The notes under the pieces: generated by a model
Told to the model about the DNA's origin: nothing
Databases searched by the model: none
What the model saw: the letters and a program-made list of their open reading frames with translations, nothing else
Position numbers and translations under genes: made by a program
Part shown: positions 7,971 to 14,900 of the stretch, in pieces
Layout of the letters: each line of letters begins with the position of its first letter
Numbering within the stretch: position 1 is the first letter of the stretch
DNA from: Flavobacteriales bacterium
GTDB taxonomy: Bacteria > Bacteroidota > Bacteroidia > Flavobacteriales_D > Sanyastnellaceae
DNA: 42,611 bases
Assembly: GCA_027488055.1 (NCBI GenBank)
Contig: JAIYCK010000287.1
Location: 1-42,611, forward strand
Reading direction: 5' to 3'

Positions 7971-10900
7971 CTATTTCTGAACGATGACCTGGTGGTATTC
8001 TACACCAGTCACAGCAGTCAAACGAACAATGTACTTACCAGCCGCAAGCGCCGAGATATCGATGTTGCGTGCAATGCCATTTTCGAAATTCAATTGCTTG
8101 CTCAATACCACACGGCCAATGTTGTCCAACAAGTCCATATTCACAACACCATTTGCGGCTTCATTGCTGATGTGGATGAATTCGCGTGCTGGGTTTGGAT
8201 ACACACTGAAAGCCAAGCTTTGTAGCTCGTCTACACCAGGATATACACAAGAACCGTCATCGATCGTGGCAGCTGCATTGTAGTTGATAGCCAATGGATC
8301 AGTACATCCATAGATACCACCAGCTGAACAATCATCAGACAATACGCTAGAGGTGAGGAAACAATCAAGGCTGTTTGAATTTACTGCAATCACAACTTGT
8401 GAATCATTGGAGAATGGACCCATGGTGAATGATCCTGGCAATGTCATCACCTGCTGTTGATTGTTCAGGTTGTTGGTGATCGTATAAGGAGCACCGTTAC
8501 CCAAAGCAGCTACTTCTACATCTACATAGAAATTATCTAGGTCACCTTGTTGGCAGTGCACTTGATAGAACATGTTTGGATAGATGCAAGTATACACGCA
8601 TGATCCATCATTGATGGTAGCAAGCGGGTTGAAGTTAAGAGCGTTTGCGTCGGTGCAACCTTCAATTTCTTCGTAAGAGCATGATCCATCATTGATGGTG
8701 GCCGAGCTGTCATAGTTAGTTGCGTTTGGATCCGTGCAGCCAGCGCAAGTGATGTATTCACATGAGCCATCATCAACTACAGCTGCCGCGCTATAGTTAC
8801 AAGCATCTTGGTCCATGCAGCCTTCTGCTAGATTGTAGATACAAGAACCGTCATTGATTGTTGCCAACGGGTTGTAATTCAGAGCTGTGTTATCAGTGCA
8901 ACCCAATACTTCCACAAGCTGGATACAGCCGTTGAAAGGAGGAAGTCCACCACCACAAACGTCGTATGGATCTACTGAAGGCGTGCCAGCGATATCACCA
9001 CAATCATAGCCCCAAGTGCTGCAATTGAAGTTCACATATTGTCCAGCCCACTGATAAAAACCATTGTCTGCAAAATTGTCTCCCAACCAATCCGTTACAC
9101 CGATACTGTGTTGAGTGCCATCACAATCGCAGATTTGAATTTCGTTGTTGCAATTACCAGAGTTGAATGCATAAAGGAATGAGGCTGCACCATCATTGGT
9201 GGTATAGTACATGACGTACTCCGTGTTAGGAGTCAGATTGAAAAGATCGCCCTGATCACCACTTCCGTAGCCATAGATTGACAAATCCAATGGTTCGAAA
9301 GCACCGCCATTGGTTGATAGATACAATGTTTCAACAGTGCAAGGTCCATCGAAATCAAATGTGTAACTCACATGTGGAGTCAAGACATTATTGTAAGAGG
9401 CGCAATCTTCCATCATCACAGTCATGGCAAGATTTTGACAAACGGTTTGCGGACCAGCGCAGAATTCAGCACTGTAACTATAGGTGAAATCAGCACCATT
9501 CGCAAAAATCACATATTGTCCACTTGTCCAATCCCATACTCCGAAAGTTCCATCGCTGAGGCAATCCAATGAGCTCATGCCATCACCAAATGAATCAGCT
9601 ATTTCAAATGTGTAGCATCCTGCTGGCAAGCAAATACTTGTGGTATAGAATGTGTCATCTGTAGTGAAACTACCGGCTGGCAATGTCATTACGAGCGAAT
9701 TGTTGGCATTGTAAACGTTCACAGAAGTTTCGAGAGGGAAACAGTCAGTGGTGACATCGATATCGATGTTGTAGCAAAGTTCATCCACACAACCATTTGC
9801 TGGAGGCAAGAAACCAGAGCAAACACCATATGGGTCGTAGAAAACATCACCCGCTAGTGCACCGTCACCGCAGTCAAAGCCCCATGTAGCACAATAGAAG
9901 TTGACAGGCAATGACAAGTCGCCATTCCAGTAATAAGTGCCATCGTCTTGCGCACCGTCACCGAGCCAAGCAGTGGCCTCAATTGGCAATTGAGTTCCTG
10001 CGCAGTCGCAAATGGTTTCACCGCTCAAACAAGCGTCCGTGATAAAGTTTGTGACCGGTGATTCTGTGCCGTCATCCAACACATAGAACACACTGTAAAC
10101 CGCATCTTGTACGTTGAAATAAAGATCGATCATATCACCTGCACCAAAGCCATACGCAGTCAAGTCAAGGTAAGTATACGTGCCGCCATTGACGGAAGTA
10201 TACACTCCTGCAACAGAGCAAGGACCGTTGTAATTGGCAATGATGGTTCCTGATGGTGTGAAGCTTCCACCTACGGTTTCGATACAACCGGTGTCGATAT
10301 AGTTAATCGTTAAGTTGGTGCAGCTCACTGTTTGGCAGTTTCCAGAAACAAAAGCATAGCTGATAGATTCTGTACCGTCATTCAATACGTAGTAGTAGGT
10401 GTGAACGGTGTTGTCCTCATAGATCATCAATGGAATGGCATCACCGCTGAAGAACAAACCATCGAGTATGATTTCTGTCCAACCTGTAAGTGCAGTGTTG
10501 ATCCAGATCGAGTATACGTTACAATCACCCGTATAGGTTGGGTAGAAGTCTACAAACTGAGCATCACCGCTGCAGCCCATGTCGAATGCATTGGACCCCG
10601 TGAAGGCACATGTATTGATGCAAGCGCCCGTGTTGTAGAACTGCACTGGAGCAACTGATCCGTCTGACAACACAATTTCAAATTGATATTGTGTATTCAA
10701 CTCATAGAGGTAAAGGTTCATCATATCACCTGATGTGTAGCCCAATAAGCTTAGGTCGACATAATTCCAACCTGAATTGATGGTATACACCCATACGCCC
10801 TCTACAGAGCATGCACCTAAATAATCCACGTAAAGAGAAACCTCTTCGGCATCTGTCCAACATGTATAGAAATAGGCGTTTGTGTTGAATATCGAACAAG

Positions 10901-11711
10901 TCGCAGCACATGCCGTGTTTTGAGTAACGGTCAATACGCCATTGATTTGATTGGAAGCACATGGGTATGCATCGATCACAAGATCCAACGTTCCATCAAA
11001 GTTCGCAGTGAAATCCAAAGAGGATGCACCAGCAAAACTGCCGCATCCATCGTCGTCATACAATAAGAATGCGTTAGTCGCATTATCATAAATAGTAAGC
11101 TGAGAATCCCAAGTGGTACCGCACATGCTGACAGTGTAGTTTGCTCCGTTGCATACATCCATGGTGTATGAATCTCCTCCCCACACATTGGTCAAGGTAT
11201 TGAAATCACCAACGAATGCCGTAGAAAGATCACCATAGTAGGTGTTGTCGTTCAAACAGCCGTCTGGGCAATCGCTCAATTGATAGATGGTCAAAATGCC
11301 ATCGATAGAATTGCTTGCGCAATTGTATAGATCCACCAAAACGCGCACTGTTCCTGAGAATGTGGCTGTCCACTGCAATTCAGAGGCACTTTCTGTCAGT
11401 CCATCATCGCAGCCATCGTCGTCGTAACCTAGGTAGGTTCCAACGCCGTCGAATAGGGTAATTTGTGAATCCCAGTTGGTACCACATGTCGAGAAGAGAT
11501 AGGTAGCGCCGCTGCATACCTCGAAATTGACATATTCGCCACCCCAAATGGAGGTTGTTTGAGCGAAATCTCCAGCTTGGCTGGTGACCATTGAGATGTT
11601 GTAAAGTGTATTGTTGTTGGTGCACTGTGCCTGCGCAATCTGAGGCAATAACCAACTCATACACATTACGAAACAGCCCAATAAGATTCCTTTAGTAGAA
11701 TTAATTCTCAT
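7971..11711 (-). CDS. Cysteine-rich mosaic secreted protein with a type-A T9SS C-terminal sorting domain, 1246 aa
   Basis: Signal peptide MRINSTKGILLGCFVMCMSWLLPQIAQAQ. Two PPC-like domains follow (..WDSQITLFD..YDDDGC.. and ..WDSQLTIYD..YDDDGC..). There are four ~95-100-aa modules, two LNR-like Cys modules and five GCTDxxAxNYxxxAxxDDGSCxY repeats. The C-terminal tail is VYPNPAREFIHISNE...GKYIVRLTAVTGVEYHQVIVQK. No catalytic motif was recognised. Confidence 0.9.
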   Translation of the reverse strand: MRINSTKGILLGCFVMCMSWLLPQIAQAQCTNNNTLYNISMVTSQAGDFAQTTSIWGGEYVNFEVCSGATYLFSTCGTNWDSQITLFDGVGTYLGYDDDGCDDGLTESASELQWTATFSGTVRVLVDLYNCASNSIDGILTIYQLSDCPDGCLNDNTYYGDLSTAFVGDFNTLTNVWGGDSYTMDVCNGANYTVSMCGTTWDSQLTIYDNATNAFLLYDDDGCGSFAGASSLDFTANFDGTLDLVIDAYPCASNQINGVLTVTQNTACAATCSIFNTNAYFYTCWTDAEEVSLYVDYLGACSVEGVWVYTINSGWNYVDLSLLGYTSGDMMNLYLYELNTQYQFEIVLSDGSVAPVQFYNTGACINTCAFTGSNAFDMGCSGDAQFVDFYPTYTGDCNVYSIWINTALTGWTEIILDGLFFSGDAIPLMIYEDNTVHTYYYVLNDGTESISYAFVSGNCQTVSCTNLTINYIDTGCIETVGGSFTPSGTIIANYNGPCSVAGVYTSVNGGTYTYLDLTAYGFGAGDMIDLYFNVQDAVYSVFYVLDDGTESPVTNFITDACLSGETICDCAGTQLPIEATAWLGDGAQDDGTYYWNGDLSLPVNFYCATWGFDCGDGALAGDVFYDPYGVCSGFLPPANGCVDELCYNIDIDVTTDCFPLETSVNVYNANNSLVMTLPAGSFTTDDTFYTTSICLPAGCYTFEIADSFGDGMSSLDCLSDGTFGVWDWTSGQYVIFANGADFTYSYSAEFCAGPQTVCQNLAMTVMMEDCASYNNVLTPHVSYTFDFDGPCTVETLYLSTNGGAFEPLDLSIYGYGSGDQGDLFNLTPNTEYVMYYTTNDGAASFLYAFNSGNCNNEIQICDCDGTQHSIGVTDWLGDNFADNGFYQWAGQYVNFNCSTWGYDCGDIAGTPSVDPYDVCGGGLPPFNGCIQLVEVLGCTDNTALNYNPLATINDGSCIYNLAEGCMDQDACNYSAAAVVDDGSCEYITCAGCTDPNATNYDSSATINDGSCSYEEIEGCTDANALNFNPLATINDGSCVYTCIYPNMFYQVHCQQGDLDNFYVDVEVAALGNGAPYTITNNLNNQQQVMTLPGSFTMGPFSNDSQVVIAVNSNSLDCFLTSSVLSDDCSAGGIYGCTDPLAINYNAAATIDDGSCVYPGVDELQSLAFSVYPNPAREFIHISNEAANGVVNMDLLDNIGRVVLSKQLNFENGIARNIDISALAAGKYIVRLTAVTGVEYHQVIVQK
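8592..8903 (-). repeat. Four tandem 81-bp (27-aa) coding repeats (GC[TM]DxxAxNYxxxAxxxDGSCxY). A fifth isolated copy lies at 8241-8309.
   Basis: Residues 937-1040 read GCTDNTALNYNPLATINDGSCIY / GCMDQDACNYSAAAVVDDGSCEY / GCTDPNATNYDSSATINDGSCSY / GCTDANALNFNPLATINDGSCVY, each followed by a 4-aa linker. Residues 1135-1157 read GCTDPLAINYNAAATIDDGSCVY. Confidence 0.9.
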
Positions 11712-11750
11712 GGTTTAGTGTTTAATTGTTTGTGTTTCGAAAAAAGCACG

Positions 11751-11758
11751 CAAAACTA
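11751..11758 (-). promoter_or_regulatory. Candidate -7 box (TAGTTTTG on the minus strand) for the 1246-aa cargo gene
   Basis: CAAAACTA on the plus strand is TAnnTTTG on the minus strand, 40 nt upstream of start 11711. Confidence 0.35.
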
Positions 11759-11902
11759 GGAGATATTCGCTTAAATTGCAATTTTGTGTGACCAAACTCA
11801 GTCATTTTGACTACCTAAAGTGTTAAATGCTCGATACATACGCAGTTTGGAAAATACACTTATGAATGCTCTTACGATTTGTGAATCATCGTTTTAGCGT
11901 GT

Positions 11903-11910
11903 TATTTTTG
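11903..11910 (+). promoter_or_regulatory. Candidate -7 box (TATTTTTG) for the C25 peptidase gene
   Basis: TAnnTTTG match 25 nt upstream of ATG 11935. A TTTG at 11878-11881 could serve as the -33 element. Confidence 0.35.
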
Positions 11911-11934
11911 TGCGACCGTGAGGTGAATTAAACC

Positions 11935-14900
11935 ATGAGATTATTTTTAATTATAATTGGAACACTTTGGTTATCAGCCCGCTGTTTGGGTCAACTTGGC
12001 CATGAATGGATCGATTATAATACTACCTATTGGCATTTTCCTGTCGTTCAGAAAGGATTGCATCGCATTTCATATGATGACTTGCTGCAAGCCGGAATGC
12101 CCGTCAGCAACATACATCCTGCACAGCTGAGACTCTATGCGAAAGGCAAGATGGTTTCATTGCATTTTATTGGGGATTCAGACGAGGTGTTGGAGCAGGG
12201 CGAATACTATTGTGCTTACCTCGATCGTCACAGGGGAGAAATGGAAACCGGCGCATATGGGCTTGAAGCTTATAGGCCTGATAATGAGTATAGCCTCTTC
12301 AATGATACGCTTCACCACTATTTGACCGTCACTCCTGATAACGGGATGCTCATGGCAGAAATAGCCATGCCTTTGGACACAAACCTTCCCATTCATACAT
12401 CTGTGGGATATACGGTTCGCCATGCATTGCATGCTCGATATTATGCGGGACGTGCCGATAACAATGGCGTCTCATTGCCCACGTATGATGAAGGCGAGGG
12501 ATGGTTTGACGAAGCCTTTGGAACTACAACCTACGAGGTAGACTTGCCTTTGACTCACCGCAGCAGTGCATTTAGCTCCGTCCATCTGCAATGGAAAGTA
12601 GCGGGGGTGAATTCTGCATTGGGGATTCCCAATCATCATTTACAAATGGGAGTGGGCACTGATTTTGAGCCTCTTTTTGACACGACGTTCACAGGACATA
12701 AGCTAATTCAGAAGCACCTTGAAGTGCTAATGGATTCGGAAGCAACCACGTTGAATGTGGGCTTCAAAGCAATCAACGATCTCGGGGTGAGTTCGGATTT
12801 GATGGCTCTTGGATCCATGCAATGTACTTACCAGCGATTGCCCATATTCAGTAACACAGCCCCGCATGAATTTATCGTACAAGCGATTGAAGGAACCTCT
12901 TGGACCAAATTACCTCTGTCGCTCCAAGGCTATGTCCAGCCCACCGTTTATCGCATATTGGGTGACCTTGTGCAGCATTTGCCTTTGGTGTTCAACGGAA
13001 CGAATTGGGACGTTTATATTCCGTGGAGTGGCGAATTGCAGCAGCAACTGATCCTGGTAGACCAGAATGCACCATTGTCCATTGTACCGCCTACGCCATA
13101 TACGATGATCGACTATGTCAGCTCAATGGAGGACAATCAATTGATTATTGTGACCCATCGCTCTTTGTGGAATGCTGCGCAGAACTATGCAGTGTTCAAA
13201 CAAGCGAATGGTCATTCGGTTTTGGTATTGGATGCAGAGCAGCTTTATCATCAATACGGAGGAGGAGTCATGAAAAATCCTCTGGCCATTCGACGGTGCA
13301 TGGAGCATGCCTTTTCTTCAGGCATTGCGCCAGGTCATTTGTTCATCATTGGAAAAAGCATTCATGAGTCGCCAGTGAGTGGTGAGGCGGGCGCTCGGAA
13401 TACACCGACACTTTATGAGCGGAATTTGGTTCCCACGTGGGGCAATCCAGGAAGTGATGCATTGTATACTGCAGGACTCAATGGGACACTCTATGAGCCC
13501 GCGATTCCCACAGGCAGACTTGCAGCGGCCAATTCCGATGATGTATTGAATTATTTGAATAAGGTGGTGGAGCATTCCCTCCAACCACCTGCCATGTGGA
13601 AAAAGAATGTGATGCATTTTGGGGGAGGCAGTATTGCTTACGAACAAGAAATATTTCGGTCCTATCTCAATGCTTATAAATCAACTGCGGAGGGGCTGCA
13701 GTGGGGTGCAGAAGTACATGGTTTTTTTAAGAATACTTCGGAACCCATTCAACTTGATGTAAGCGACTCGATTCAGTTGTTGATCAACCAAGGTGTTTCT
13801 GTCATGACTTTTTTTGGCCATGCCAGCAGCACGGGATTTGACCAAAACATCGATGCACCAGAGAATTATAGCAATCAAGGCAAGTATCCTTTGTTGATAG
13901 GAAACTCATGTTATACTGGGAACATTCATTTGGCAGCAGCACAGAGCACGAGTGAACGTTTTGTCTTGGCTCCCAATCGAGGGGTCATTGGTTTTTTGGC
14001 CAAAGGCGATTTAGGTATTCCGACCTACTTGGACATCTACACAGCCAACTTTTATCGCCATTTATTTCAGGTGAGTTATGGCGCCAGCATTGGCACGTGT
14101 ATGCAAAGGTCCATTGCTGACTTCCAAAGTGTTGGCGACTTTTATGAACAGAATGTGGCACAAACCTTCATGTTTCATGGCGATCCGAGCATCATACTTT
14201 TTCCCCATGCACTGCCCGATTTATCCATTGATATCGCCGACGTGATCCTGCCCAACAGCCCACTAGCGGCTTCGAATGAAACAGTTTTGGTGCGTGCTGT
14301 AGTGCATAATATTGGCAAGGCCACAAGTGAGAGCATCGAGGTCGTATTGCGACAACAAACCCCACTGGGCGTGGACACAGCCTATGTGGCTACATTGAAT
14401 GGATTATTGCACAGCGACACCGTGCAATGGATCGTTGCTGGATTGGATGAAGTGGGAACACATCAATTCTCCGTTGAGGTAGATTATCCGGGCAATGCCA
14501 TAGAGGAATTAGAGGAAGCGGCCAACAATGTGGCAAGTGGTATCCAACTCCAAGTGACTGACGGCGATATCCGACCAGTTTATCCATATCCTTTTGCAGT
14601 GATCGATGAGTCACAGCCCATTTTGCGGGCGAGCACTGGCTTTCCGTTAGAGCCTATGCGCAATTATCGTCTGCAAGTAGATACAACGGCGTCATTCGAT
14701 TCACCACTCATGGCAGAACACGACATCGCCTCCGTTGGCGGAGTCATTGAGTGGCCATTGCCATTTGTATTGCAAGATAGCATGGTCGTCTTTTGGCGCT
14801 GCTCATCGATTGGCGGAGATTGGCGCTGGCGCACCGCATCTTTTCAGTATGTGAGCAACCAACGTGGCTGGGGTATGCAACACCGCGATCAATTCAAGTC

